Origin: Eledone cirrhosa
Taxonomy: Eukaryota
Direction of reading: 5' to 3'
NCBI GenBank assembly: GCA_964016885.1
Contig: OZ024744.1
Location: 79,360,001-79,424,000 of the forward strand
DNA length: 64,000 nt
Positions 11,193-27,006 of the stretch are shown here, one piece after another. The notes under the pieces were generated by a model. That model was not told the DNA's origin. It did not search any database and worked only from the letters and a program-made list of their open reading frames with translations. The first letter of the stretch is position 1. Each line of letters starts with the position of its first letter. Position numbers and translations under genes: made by a program.

Positions 11193-11277
11193 GGGGCTGT
11201 ATAGAGCAAAGTTGCACCTAATTATTAGGACAGGTGATTAAAATTTCTATAACAAGAATGGTTGAAAATTCTAATTA

Positions 11278-11445
11278 TAATAGTAGTAGTAGTAGTAGTA
11301 TTGGTAGTAGTAGTAGTCGCTGTTGTAATAGTGTTGGTGGCGGTGCTTGTGGTAGTAGTATTAGTAGTGGTGGTGGTGGTAGTAGTAGTAGTAGTGGTGG
11401 TGATGGGTGAAGTAGTAGTAGTGGTGGTAGTAGAAGTAGTAGTAA
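11278..11445. repeat. (TAG)n/(TGG)n low-complexity tract
   Basis: Directly visible; source of the poly-T and poly-V ORF artefacts. Confidence 0.9.
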
Positions 11446-11612
11446 TCCATACACACACATACACACACGCATATGCACAGATAGCCCCACTGTCACAGAC
11501 GCATCCATAATCAAACAAGGAAGACTCACATAAAAAAAAACAGTACGTGGGAACAGACATTCATAAAAAAATCAATCCCAGTAAGCACACACAGATGAGC
11601 ATTGTAGAGACG

Positions 11613-11643
<31 letters not shown>

Positions 11644-11934
11644 CTTAGATAATTAACAATGCACCTGAGACGTAAATACCTGAGAGGAGTGTGTTTTTCA
11701 TATTAAACATGTTCTAGTTTTTTATTTATTTCACACATCTATGAATGAAACATTCTGGACAGATCATCTGTGTTGTATCCTTGAATAACGGTGCTTCAGG
11801 TGTGTCTTACACCATACATTTTTACCCAGGTGATCCAACTACAGGTGACATCATCTGTGTTGAATCAGGGTGTCACTGGGTGTTTTAGGTCTTATGGTAT
11901 ACAACACTCCATTCATGGTGCCTTGGCTACAAGT

Positions 11935-12150
11935 TCTAAAGTCTGTCTCAATCCAGGAGTCTTATCCTAGTTTCATGGTGTGAAGTAACAGAGTACAAGA
12001 CTCCCCACCTGGACAGGACTCCAGTCCATCGCAGGGTTAATAAACCCTCAGCTATTACTGGTACTCATTTTCAGCTGAGTATACTGGAACAGTATACTGC
12101 ATTGAACAACATAAAATGAAGTGTTTTGCTCAACCCAGCCCAGGACTCAG
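11935..12150 (-). mobile_element. Degenerate CORE-type SINE fragment
   Basis: ggtactcattttcagctgagt...aaatgaagtgttttgctcaa resembles the reverse complement of the CORE region at 14095-14150. Confidence 0.45.
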
Positions 12151-12160
12151 TGTTACAGCC

Positions 12161-13497
12161 TGGAGTCACTGAGTATTTCTGAAGGTCTTACAACATACAT
12201 CCTATCCAGGTGACCCAACTACAGAACATCTCACCTGTGTTGTATCTTGGAGTCACTGAGTATTTCTGAAGGTCTTACAACATACATCCTATCCAGGTGA
12301 CCCAACTACAGAACATCTCACCTGTGTTGTATCTTGGAGTCACTGAGTATTTCTGAAGGTCTTACAACATACATCCTATCCAGGTGACCCAACTACAGAA
12401 CATCTCACTTGTGTTGTATCTTGGAGTTACTGGGTGTTTTAGAAGGTCTTACAACATACATCCTATCCAGGTGACCCAACTACAGAACATCTCACCTGTG
12501 TTGTATCTTGGAGTCACTGAGTATTTCTGAAGGTCTTACAACATACATCCTATCCAGGTGACCCAACTACAGAACATCTCACCTGTGTTGTATCTTGGAG
12601 TTACTGGGTGTTTTAGAAGGTCTTACAACATACATCCTATCCAGGTGACCCAACTACAGAACATCTCACCTGTGTTGTATGTTGGAGTTACTGGGTGTTT
12701 TAGAAGGTCTTACAACATACATCCTATCCAGGTGACCCAACTACAGAACATCTCACCTGTGTTGTATCTTGGAGTCACTGAGTATTTCTGAAGGTCTTAC
12801 AACATACATCCTATCCAGGTGACCCAACTACAGAACATCTCACCTGTGTTGTATCTTGGAGTTACTGGGTGTTTTAGAAGGTCTTACAACATACATCCTA
12901 TCCAGGTGACCCAACTACAGAACATCTCACCTGTGTTGTATGTTGGAGTTACTGGGTGTTTTAGAAGGTCTTACAACATACATCCTATCCAGGTGACCCA
13001 ACTACAGAACATCTCACCTGTGTTGTATCTTGGAGTCACTGAGTATTTCTGAAGGTCTTACAACATACATCCTATCCAGGTGACCCAACTACAGAACATC
13101 TCACTTGTGTTGTATCTTGGAGTTACTGGGTGTTTTAGAAGGTCTTACAACATACATCCTATCCAGGTGACCCAACTACAGAACATCTCACCTGTGTTGT
13201 ATCTTGGAGTTACTGGGTGTTTTAGAAGGTCTTACAACATACATCCTATCCAGGTGACCCAACTACAGAACATCTCACCTGTGTTGTATCTTGGAGTCAC
13301 TGAGTATTTCTGAAGGTCTTACAACATACATCCTATCCAGGTGACCCAACTACAGAACATCTCACCTGTGTTGTATCTTGGAGTTACTGGGTGTTTTAGA
13401 AGGTCTTACAACATACACCCTTACCCAACTACAGGATACATCATCTGTGTTGTGTCTCAGAGTTACTGGGTATTTCTGAAGGTCTTATAACATACAT
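12161..13497. repeat. 87-bp tandem array (~15 units) with two variants in a 261-bp higher-order repeat
   Basis: Unit tggagt(c/t)actg...tcacctgtgttgtatct starts at 12161, 12248, 12335 and so on to 13379. Order is AAABABBABBABBAB; degenerate units occur at ~11760-11895. Confidence 0.95.
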
Positions 13498-13521
13498 TAT
13501 CATAGACTGAAATCAAGGTAC

Positions 13522-13611
13522 AAATTGTTGTCCTTAAATGCACGTAGTCTATGCAATAAGATACGTCTTTTTGATTCCTATGTCCAAAGTATCGAACCTG
13601 ACTTCATTACT
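13522..13611 (+). pseudogene. Short N-terminal fragment of a LINE AP endonuclease (CR1/L2-like)
   Basis: Translates KLLSLNARSLCNKIRLFDSYVQSIEPDFIT, matching the LNARSLxNK...PDII start of APE domains. Confidence 0.5.
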
Positions 13612-13634
13612 TTTGGAAACATTTTTTCACGCTC

Positions 13635-13952
13635 AGACCCCCTTCAGTCATGAATGACCATGGGATTTGCATCTAGAAAGTTCCCTTACGAGACACAAGT
13701 CCAGCCAAGGTTATTTGTGGAAGATCAGCAGTCGCCCAAGCATACCATTCTCCCCTCTCCATGCCACTGATGTTGTCCAAGGGAAAAGGCAATGACCAAT
13801 ATAGCTTGACACCAGTGACATTGCAACTAATTTCTAAAGCTGAGTAAACTGGAGTAACATGAAATAAAGTGTCTTGCTCAAGATCACAACTCATCACCCA
13901 GTGTGAGAATCGAACTCACATCCTCTTGATTGCAAGCCAAACCACTAACCAT
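13635..13952 (-). mobile_element. tRNA-headed CORE-type SINE (second tail family)
   Basis: Minus strand has B box gagttcgattc and cttgagcaagacactttatttca; body matches 39690-40005. Confidence 0.75.
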
Positions 13953-14011
13953 ATATATATATGTGTGTGTGTATGTGTATATACATACATTCATATATAT
14001 ATATACATATA

Positions 14012-14345
14012 TGGAGGCACATGGCTTAGTGGTTAGAGCATTGGCCTTGCAATCGAAAGGTTGTGAGTTCAATTCTCAGACCAGGTGATGTGTTGTTTCC
14101 TTGAGCAAGACACTTTATTTCACATTGCTCCAGTTTCCTCAGCTGTAGAAATGAGATGATAGGGACTGGGGTCCCTATCATTCCACTACAAAGTGGTCGT
14201 GGAGGTGCCACAGCAAAAAAGCACCCAGCACTCACTGTAAATGAGGTTGGTGTTAGGAAGGGCATCCAGCTGTAGAAATCAAGCCAGAATCAGTTCCCGT
14301 CCCACCCTTGCAAGCAGGGAAAAGCGGACATAAAATGAAAAATGA
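14012..14345 (+). mobile_element. tRNA-headed CORE-type SINE with RTE-derived 3' tail
   Basis: A box tggcttagtgg, B box gagttcaattc, CORE-like ccttgagcaagacact. Tail matches the RTE 3' UTR and the 26048-26090 end. Confidence 0.85.
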
Positions 14346-14400
14346 ATATATATATATATATATATATATTAATATGGTCCGTTGATTATATATATATATA

Positions 14401-15580
14401 TCTCTGGGAAATGGCCATGCTCAGTGTGTAGGAAAGGAGTAGGTAGAAACTCCATCTTATGTCCCAAATGCAAAGTATGGGTGCATAAAAGATGTAGTGG
14501 GATCACAGGTAAGCTAACTAAGAATATAGATTTTATATGTGTCCGGTGCTCTGGTGCAATAAGTAGCAGCAAGTGCCCACAGAATACTAGCTCATTCCAT
14601 TGCCCAGATGGTTCTATAGAAATAGTGGACAGCTTCCGTTACCTGGGTGACAAAATCAGCAGTAGTGGAGGGTGCTCCGAAAGTACAGTAGCTAGAGTCA
14701 GAACTGGATGGAAAAAGTTCAGAGAGCTTATACCACTATTAGCCGCTAAAGGTTTCTCTCTAAAAATGAAAGGCAGGCTGTATGATGCCTGCATACGAAC
14801 ACCAATGTTACATGGCAGTGAGACCTGGACATTGTGTGCAGAGGATCTATGCAGACTGGAGAGGCACGAAGCTTGCATGCTCCATTGGATGTGTAATAGT
14901 AATATACGTGAACGGCAAAGCATAAATGAACTAAGTGAGAAATTAGAAATAAGAGGGATCAGATGTTGTTTACTCGAGAGAAGACTACGTTGGTATGGTC
15001 ATGTAATGCGCATGAAAGATGACAGCTGTATAAAAAAGTGCAGGGCGATTAAAATAGACGGTAGCTACGGAGTAGGCAGATCCAGAAAACCTGGGACGAC
15101 TTGATAAAATCCGACCTTACACACTTACACCTCTCCAAGACAATGTCACTGGACCGAGATCTTTGGCGCTACGTAGTAATACAGAAGACCCGCCTTGCCT
15201 AAGTACAAAGCGAAACCTACAGTCAGTAGACACCTCTAACAAAAATATACACCCCGTCCCACTACCCCCACCCCCACCAACACCACCCTTTCTCTGTAAA
15301 GTTATGTTGGTACCACAACATCCAGCCCGAAACAAATGAGGTCGTGTAGGTGTTACGACAAAATAACACACAGTCCACGCTGTAATGTGGCCGTGTAGGC
15401 AACACGGTAAAAACCTCCCAGTCCACACTGTAAACGTGGTTGGTGTTAGGAAGGGCATCCAGCCGTAGAAAACCCACCAGACAGTCATATACGAGCAAGA
15501 CAACCAATCTTGCCTCAAGTGGGACAATTCCCGTCCAGACCCATGCTAGCGTGGAAGATGGACGTTTAACGATGATGATG
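14401..15580 (+). mobile_element. RTE-clade LINE (family B), 5'-truncated
   Basis: ORF 14382..15104 (first residues are (TA)n) contains the PHD-like finger and RLRWYGH; 3' UTR and (GAT)n. Confidence 0.92.
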
Positions 15581-15968
15581 ACTAGCAGAATGGCCCGGCG
15601 TTGCTCGGGATTCTAAACATAGATTGGCATGTTTATCCCTCTTTCTGAAACAGTACAGAGAAGTATGGAATACCTCGGCCTCAGGATGGTGTCTACATTT
15701 TGTGCTTATAAAAAAATTTGTCTTAGATTACCAGGGTTTTTTTCCGAAGAAAATCAATACTTTATCGCGAAATAAATAATTTTGTTTATATTTTGTTATT
15801 GTGTATGCACAAATATCTGTACACGAATATATAACTATATATATATATATTAAAATAACAGATTAAAGTTTAAGCAAAGAATCGCTGCTTTCACCCTTAA
15901 AAGGATCTTCTGAAACTAAAAAAAATCAATCTGTGAATGCAGAAGTAAATATTTCGAAAAACGTTAAA

Positions 15969-15975
<7 letters not shown>
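15581..15975 (+). mobile_element. Helitron/Helentron-like non-autonomous element, 5' half (continues at ~24730-25035)
   Basis: Starts actagcagaatggcccggcgttgctcggg, resembling non-autonomous Helitron ends; 15841-15972 matches 38581-38712. Confidence 0.6.
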
Positions 15976-16006
<31 letters not shown>

Positions 16007-16092
16007 GTAGGTCCCGGGTTGAGTCGGGGATAACTACAGTAAGTAAGGTACTCAATACATGGCAGAGTAAACATTTTTTATTTTATAGAAGG

Positions 16093-16143
16093 AGCTTCTA
16101 CAGGACTAGTACTGTTTCATTCAGATGAAATCTTCAGGAAGCT
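16093..16143 (-). ncRNA. Type I hammerhead ribozyme in the PLE2 3' pLTR
   Basis: agcttc-CTGAAGA-tttcatctgaat-GAAA-cag tactagtc ctg-TA-gaagct; 6-bp stem I, GUA cleavage triplet. Confidence 0.85.
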
Positions 16144-16666
16144 GGGTGTCATATTAAGTTCTGGTATTTATACATTTAGGTAGTGGTAAGGGAGGGGTGG
16201 TGGAAGGGGGGTTGGGGTGGGATGGTATTTAGATACACAAGACCACTTCATGGCACAGGCCGTTTTTTCTTTGGGGAGTGGTCAATTAGCCAGAGTGCTT
16301 TTTTGAAATAAATAAATAAGTAAATAAATAAATAAATGAATAAATAGATAAAAGAATAAATAAATAAAATAAATAAATAAATAAATAAATAAAAATAAAT
16401 AAATAAATAAATAAATAAAAAGCCCAACAGATATATCGTAGGGAAATTTAGGTGGGTTGGTAATAGAAATTAAACATTTAACAAGACCGAATCATGGCAC
16501 AGACTGGGGTGAGTGGTCAAGTTAACATACAAGCCACAGGTGGCCAGAGTGTTTTTGTAGGAAGGAAAGAATAAAATATATTTACATACTCACAACCACA
16601 TACAAAACCACTTACACACACATATATATACACACACATATTTAAACACTTACACACACATATATA

Positions 16667-16720
<54 letters not shown>

Positions 16721-16946
16721 CACACCTACACACTCACACACATATACATACATATACATATATATATATATACACACACACATGTGTGCGTATACACATA
16801 CACACACACATACATATACACACACACACACATACATACATACACATATATACATATATACACAAGAAAAACACAAACACACAAATATACACACACACAC
16901 GCATACACATACACACACATATATCTACACATACACACGTGCGCAT

Positions 16947-16985
<39 letters not shown>

Positions 16986-17171
16986 TATGTATACATATAT
17001 ATATATATATATATACACACCTACATGTACGTATGTCTCTCTCGTGTAAACTATACTATACATACACATACATACATATGCACACACATACATACACACA
17101 CACACACACAAACACATACATTCACACATATATATACATATATACACATACACACACACATACATATAAAA

Positions 17172-17215
<44 letters not shown>

Positions 17216-17231
17216 ATACACATATATATAT

Positions 17232-17357
17232 ATAAAATGTTAAAAAAAATAATGAATAAAACAATGAAACAGTTCCTTATATTAAACAAAAGAACTTTTT
17301 TTGTTTAATATAAGGAACTGTTTCATTGTTTTATTCATTATTTTTTTAACATTTTAT
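17232..17357. repeat. Near-perfect fold-back (arms ~58 bp) next to (TA)n
   Basis: aaaatgttaaaaaaaataatgaataaaacaatgaaacagttccttatattaaacaaaa and its reverse complement around a short loop. Confidence 0.85.
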
Positions 17358-17483
17358 CTTGACTCTGTATTCCGTTTATCTTTCACCGAAAGTGATTTTT
17401 GAATGCATCTCTTCTTTCCATGATATCCGGATTACATTGAGTTCTTCATACGGATTGGACACTACCGTAAACTTTTGGTAGAT

Positions 17484-17624
<141 letters not shown>

Positions 17625-18390
17625 CATATATACATACACACACATACACATTTACAAGCAAACACGCATACATACACATACATACATACAAATAAGTACA
17701 CATAAACGCATATGCACAAACACGCACTCGTTCGCACTCATACATGTGTCTATAGTATAAAGGTGGTGGGACAAATTTTAATTTTAAATTTTAAATTTTA
17801 AACTGGGCCTGATAGAGGATAAAATAATTAATGTCACTATTAAGTTATTAATATTATCATCAAGTAATTAATTACTATTTATTATTTATTACTTACTATT
17901 TACCATTCACTATTCGTTACCTATCTTTTATCCCTTATCTATTCATTACCTAATCATTCACTCATAAATTAATAAATAAATGAATGAGTTAACTAACAAA
18001 CAAACAAACAAACAAACAGATAAACAAATAAACCAGTAAATAAGTAAATAAATAAACAAATAAATAAATAAATGGATAGATAAATAAATAAATAAGTAAA
18101 TAAAGTAACTAAATAAATAAATAAATAAATATACAGTTAAATAGATAAATAAATCATGAACGTGTGCGTGCAGCAGTTCATAACTGCACGTATGCAAACA
18201 TGAGCAGGTATATACGTGAATTTGTGTGTGCGGCCACGGAACTTTACTCAGAGGCATACAACACAATATATAAGATCTGGAGGGGAGGAAAGAAGGTAAT
18301 AATGAGAGATAGAGGGGAGGAAAGAGGGTAATAATGAGAGATGGAGGGACAGAAATGGGATGGGGGGGGGAGATGATATGGGGGGGGGGG

Positions 18391-20350
18391 TCAGCCGGGG
18401 GGTCTGTAGTTTTTGTAATTTGCATAGTTCTTGTGCATGCAATTAGGGGAGTGTTCCGAGATCTTGTTGAGGAGAGGGCCTTTGGCGAATAGAATCTCAT
18501 AGCTCTCGGAGATACAGAGGTCACAGCAATTATGGCCTCCCGTGTATGATCGCGCTCTCTGGAGTAGTCTCCAATGGGTCTTGAAGGGGATGGAGTTCCT
18601 TTTTAGGTGCCAGATGTGGGCGGCGAGTGTAGTTTGGTTAGATTTGTCTGGGCGCCGGAACGAATGTGTGTGGGCGTACCAGCGAGTCTTAAAACTATTA
18701 GAAGTCATCCCGATGTACGAGTTTCTTTTTTCATCGGGGCCTGAGAGTACATCGCATATATACACGAGATCTTTTTTTAGACAGTTGTTGTTGAGAAGGC
18801 AGGTCGTCTTATCAGGGCAATTGCAGGTGCTATCGGTTGCTGGATGGGCTTCGGAAAAAGTAGACTTATTTAGCTTCTTGATGTTGTTGTTGGCTAAGTT
18901 TCTAGCTAGATTAGGTGTGGTAGAGTAAGAGAGTCTAATGGTATTCTTATTAAGGATAGTATAGTACCTATGTTGGGTGGGGAAGTGTTTTTGTAAGAGA
19001 GTGAAGAAAATTTTAGCTACAGGTGTTGAAACTTCTCGGTTGAAGGGGGGGGGGGTTGTACCAGCTAATGTGCCTTCGCCTATTCTTCCTGGGTGGGCGT
19101 GGGGCTATAGTAAGGTAGGTGATCTTATCTCTAAAGCCGCTGCGGGCCAGGGCCTCGTTGTAATAGGGGGCTGCTGCTCTAAAGATATCTTCATTGGCGG
19201 CGAGGCTAGATATCCTAATGGAGACACTTTTTACTAGGTTGTCTAATATATTTTTGGGGTGGTTAGAATTAACGTCTATATATCTAAGGGATTCATTAGG
19301 TTTGTGGTACGGGTAGTAAAGGGAAGTTTCTAAGTCGAGGGTAACGCCTAGGAAGTTAGCTTTAGTTAAGTTCGAATCTAAGGTAATCCCAAGGCCTAAG
19401 TTTTTAAAGAAGGTGTAAAGGTTTTTCCTGAACTCATCCGTGGTCCTGGGGTTGATTTTGTGGAGAGCAAAGAGGCCGTCATCTCGGTAGAGACCGCCAG
19501 AGAGGCCTGTGAAGAGGGTCTTCAACCTGTGGAGGATGAACAGACCCACAAGGTCACTAATTTCAGCTGAGTCGCTAGCACCCATGCTAACGTCGAAGGG
19601 GGTCTCAGATTTTTTGTTGATCCAGTGGGATCTGTCATGGTAAAGAAAAGTCTTACGTACATGGGGGATCACATCCTGCTCGGCTTCGGTAATTGTGGTT
19701 AAGTTCCTGGCGAAGTTAATCGCGTCAATCAGCAGGCTCTCTGATATGGAGGCGTAGTAATCCTCGATGTCTAGCTGCAGGAAGCGGGTGTTGCTTTTGT
19801 CGGGCAAGTCCCGGAACCATGTGATTGCCTCTGATGTCCTATTCCAGAGTGGGAGGGGTGAGGCAGCACGTAGTCTAGGTAGAATCCTGTCCAAGATCTT
19901 CTTACTGACGGATCCTATGTCAGACTTGGTCGGGTTAATCAGCCGGACCGACGGTTTATTGTCGAAGTTGTTCTTGTGGTCTTTCAGGGTGAAGTGTGGG
20001 GTCTTTACCCTCAGAGGTTCTGTCCGGTCTTCCAGTTTAAGGGAAGTGGCGATCTTTTTTCCGGCTATGTTTGTTTCAGTCAAAGTAGTGTCATCAACTT
20101 TTTTGTACTTTGCTGTGATGGCATTATCCGCAAGCTTGTTGTAGGTGTCGGGAATAACCGCATAGGTGTTTTTAGTTTTGTCTGAAGGGACGTGGAGGTA
20201 CGGGGAACTTTTCATTTTCAGAAGTTTCTCCTTTAAGTCCGTTTGGAAAGGTATGTTGACTTTCCTGAATTTAATATTTTTGATCATTTGAAAGAGGTCT
20301 TCTTCAAATGGTTCAAGTAGGCTGTTGGTGGGTGGAGCCTTATTAGCTTC
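18391..20350 (-). pseudogene. PLE2 reverse transcriptase plus GIY-YIG endonuclease; one frameshift in a G-run at ~19045-19055
   Basis: LDIEDYYASI, FDVSMGASDSAE, GLYRDDGL, YPYHKPN...NSNHP, then CNCPDKTTC, VY...SYIGMT...TRWYAH and CDLCISE. Confidence 0.93.
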
Positions 20351-20465
20351 AAAAACGGCCTGTGCCATGAAGTGGTCCTGTGTATCTAAATACCATCCCC
20401 CCCTTCCACCACCCCTCCCTTACCACTACCTAAATGTATAAATACCAGAACTTAATATGACACCC

Positions 20466-20516
20466 AGCTTCCTGAAGATTTCATCTGAATGAAACAGTAC
20501 TAGTCCTGTAGAAGCT
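20466..20516 (+). ncRNA. Type I hammerhead ribozyme in the PLE2 inverted 5' pLTR
   Basis: Reverse-complement copy of 16093-16143. Confidence 0.85.
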
Positions 20517-20828
20517 CCTTCTATAAAATAAAAAAAATAAAAAAATATATATATATAAACGGAAAAATGAAACGAAATTTCATTTCCCACTCTTAGTACG
20601 GCTGTTACTTAAATATAAGTATGTACACGTACATACATATATGTATACAGACGTAGAGTAGTATGTATATATATATATATACATACATGCACACATATAT
20701 ATATATGCACGTATGGATTCACCGAATATTTATTATAATGCTCGGTGTGTTTGTAAACAAACATCCCGTATTAAGCCGTACAGTGTCTAGCAACCACCGT
20801 TGCTCGTTTGTTCAACACTGACAAAGGA

Positions 20829-20871
20829 ACGCTGTACTAGTTTCAAGCTTGTTAGCTATCGTCAGCAACGT
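20829..20871 (-). ncRNA. Minimal type I hammerhead ribozyme
   Basis: acgttg-CTGACGA-tagctaacaagctt-GAAAC-ta-GTA-cagcgt; palindromic ACTAGT stem III. Confidence 0.85.
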
Positions 20872-21182
20872 ATACCTTCCTGCCAGATTGTTGAACGTAT
20901 ATACTTACCTGTGCATGTATGTATATATATATATATATACATACTACTGTACGTCGGTATACATAATACTGTACGTCTGTATACATATATGTATGTACGT
21001 GTACATACTTATATTTAAGTAACAGCCGTACTAAGAGTGGGAAATGAAATATCGTTACATTTTTCCGTTTATCGTTTTCGGTGCACCCGGCCGATTAACC
21101 CACTCGATATGCAAATTGGGCTACTCAGCCGTTAATATGTATAAGGTAAGTATATACGTTCAACAATCTGGCAGGAAGGTAT

Positions 21183-21225
21183 ACGTTGCTGACGATAGCT
21201 AACAACCTTGAAACTAGTACAGCGT
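21183..21225 (+). ncRNA. Minimal type I hammerhead ribozyme (one stem II mismatch)
   Basis: acgttg-CTGACGA-tagctaacaacctt-GAAAC-ta-GTA-cagcgt. Confidence 0.8.
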
Positions 21226-21428
21226 TCCTTTGTCAGTGTTGAACAAACGAGCAACGGTGGTTGCTAGACACTACGGCTTAATACGGGATGTTTGTTTACA
21301 AACACACCGAGCATTATAATAAATATTCGGTGAATCCATACGTGCATATATATATATGTGCATGTATGTATATATATATATACATACTACTGTACGTCGG
21401 TATACATATATGTATGTACGTGTACATA

Positions 21429-24729
<3,301 letters not shown>

Positions 24730-24740
<11 letters not shown>

Positions 24741-25035
24741 ATATATACGTATATACACACATATAGCGTCATAATGTCATAATGCCATACAGACAGATAT
24801 TATAAGGGCGCAAAGTTATATCTATGTATCTATCCAAAAAGAAAGACTAAGAATTATAGAGAGAGATCGCTAAATCGCCTAATGCGGTCCCTAGGTCATT
24901 GAAAATTTGAAATATGTTTTCCTCAAAAACCTCACAGGACAATAAGTATTAAATGTGTAAAGTTTGAAAAAAATCAGTTGGGTGGTTCTTGAGTTTTAGG
25001 AAGTCAGACAGACATTCTCTGTTTTAGATACATAT
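24730..25035 (+). mobile_element. Helitron-like element 3' half (continuation of 15581-15975)
   Basis: Matches 38720-39030, including aagtttgaaaa...ggtggttct...cagacagacattctctgttttagata. Confidence 0.6.
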
Positions 25036-25307
25036 ACATGTTTTCATTCTTATAATGATAATATCAATAAGATGATATTTGTAACATGACAAAATATTTT
25101 TATATAAAATTATGTTGAAAGGTTTTAATTTAAGTAAGATTCTTTTTTCAAATATATTTTATTGTACCAATGATTTTCTTCATTTTCTGTTTTTTTTTTG
25201 TTTTTTTTTATGGTATCAAAGACAAACAGATTTTTTAAAAGCCTTTTGATATCAACCTACCAAAAACCACCTGTGTTTTTATGAAACAAAACCACCCATT
25301 CCTACTT

Positions 25308-25387
<80 letters not shown>

Positions 25388-25466
25388 ATTTATATCTATA
25401 TCTATATATCTTGCTAGCAAGGAAAGTGGATGTTAAAACGACAATGATGAAAATGATATATATATA

Positions 25467-26108
25467 TGGTGGGTTCTATAGAAGTGGTTGATAGCTTCCG
25501 GTACCTAGGTGATCAGATTAGCATGGGAGGGGGGTGTTCCGAGGCCATAGTATCTAGAATAAGGATGGGTTGGAAGAAGTTTAGGGAGCTGCTTCCTTTG
25601 TTGACAAAGAAGGGTTTGTCCCTGCATACGAAAGGCCGGTTATATGATGCCTGTCTGAGGAGCGTGATGCTGCATGGTAGTGAGACATGGGCAGCAACTA
25701 CAGAGGATATGTGACGGCTGGAGAGAAATGAAGCAAGCATGCTCCGTTGGATGTGCAGTGTCAATGTGCGTGAACAACCAAGCATAGATGTGTTGAGAAA
25801 GAAACTGGGTATAAGAGGGATAAGTTGTGGCGTGCAGGAGAGAAGGCTGAGATGGTATGGACAAGTGATGCGCATGGAGGATGACTGTTGGGTAAAGAAG
25901 TGCCAAGAAATCCCAGTAGAAGGAAGACGCAGTGGAGGTAGACCATGAAAAACATGGGCGGAGGTGGTGAAAGCAGAACTCAGATCACTGAAACTCACTG
26001 AGGAGATGACGAAGGACCGTGACAAGTGGAGAGATGCTGAATAGAACCCGTCCCACCCTTGCAAGCAGGGAAAAGTGGATGTAAAATGATGATGATGATG
26101 ATGATGAT
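25467..26108 (+). mobile_element. RTE-clade LINE 3' fragment (family D, short 3' UTR)
   Basis: FRYLGD...GWKKFRELLP...RLRWYG...GRP, then cccgtcccacccttgcaagcaggg and (GAT)n. Confidence 0.88.
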
Positions 26109-26522
26109 TAGACAAAAATATACCTAAGGCGGACATCACACACATATAGATATGAATATGTGTGTGTATATGTGTATGTATATATATGTATTTATATATG
26201 TATATAGATAGAGAATACATATGAGGGAAACATATTAATCATTATCAGGTATTTTGTTTTGATTTTCTATTAACTTTAATAAGATACTCAACGAATTATG
26301 TAATCTTACATTCAGTGCAGATTGTCTCTAGTTTTGAAGCTTTGATATATCTTAATACACACTTATGTGTGTATTAATATATTTCATTAACTTTCTTATA
26401 ATGATTAAGGCTCAATTTTATCCTCTGAATTCTATCTTGAGCTGTTTTTAGAGACAAGACATACGTATGTATAATTTTGTATCATTCATGACATCCTTTA
26501 CTTTGAATGTAATATAATGATA

Positions 26523-26564
<42 letters not shown>

Positions 26565-27006
26565 TTTTCTTTATTAACCACAAGGGTTCACATAAAGTAG
26601 ACATTAAGGACAGTACAGGACAATACAGGACGGTACAAATGGGCATTTCTGCGTGTAAAAAAACAGAGGTTGAAATAAAATAACAAAGAAAAATTCCCCA
26701 ATAGGGGGGAGACTTCCAAGGGACATTTGTGGAGAAAGCCCATTAAAAGACCACAGTGGCCCTGACCACCAGGGCAAGTGCCCTCTCCCAGTTTTCCACC
26801 TTTAATTTACAGACACATACTCAGAGAAGGCCCATTCATTCGGGCCATACTTGCTTCTCTCACCCATCTTTCAACAAAATGCTGGGAAGAGAGCACTTCC
26901 CTCTCTACCCTGATTTTCCTTTTCAAATGAAATTTGAAAAAGTTAATCAGGGCATCACCGAAGAGGTAAGTGCTCGTCTTCAGCCCTTTCAAACGTGTCC
27001 ACCATA

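Noticed and set aside
12161-13497. 87-bp array as CRISPR, coding repeat or C2H2 zinc-finger exon (NTGEMFC on the - strand)
   Set aside because: No unique spacers, eukaryotic context, stop codons recur, and no C-x2-C...H-x3-H pattern.
17370-17455. Possible hammerhead on the - strand (tccgt-aTGAAGA...GAAAgata-aacgga)
   Set aside because: C3 is missing, the register is off by one, and stem II is unconvincing.
20351-20368. ATG (MAQAVF) as the real start of the PLE2 ORF
   Set aside because: It lies in the inverted pLTR fused to the truncation point.
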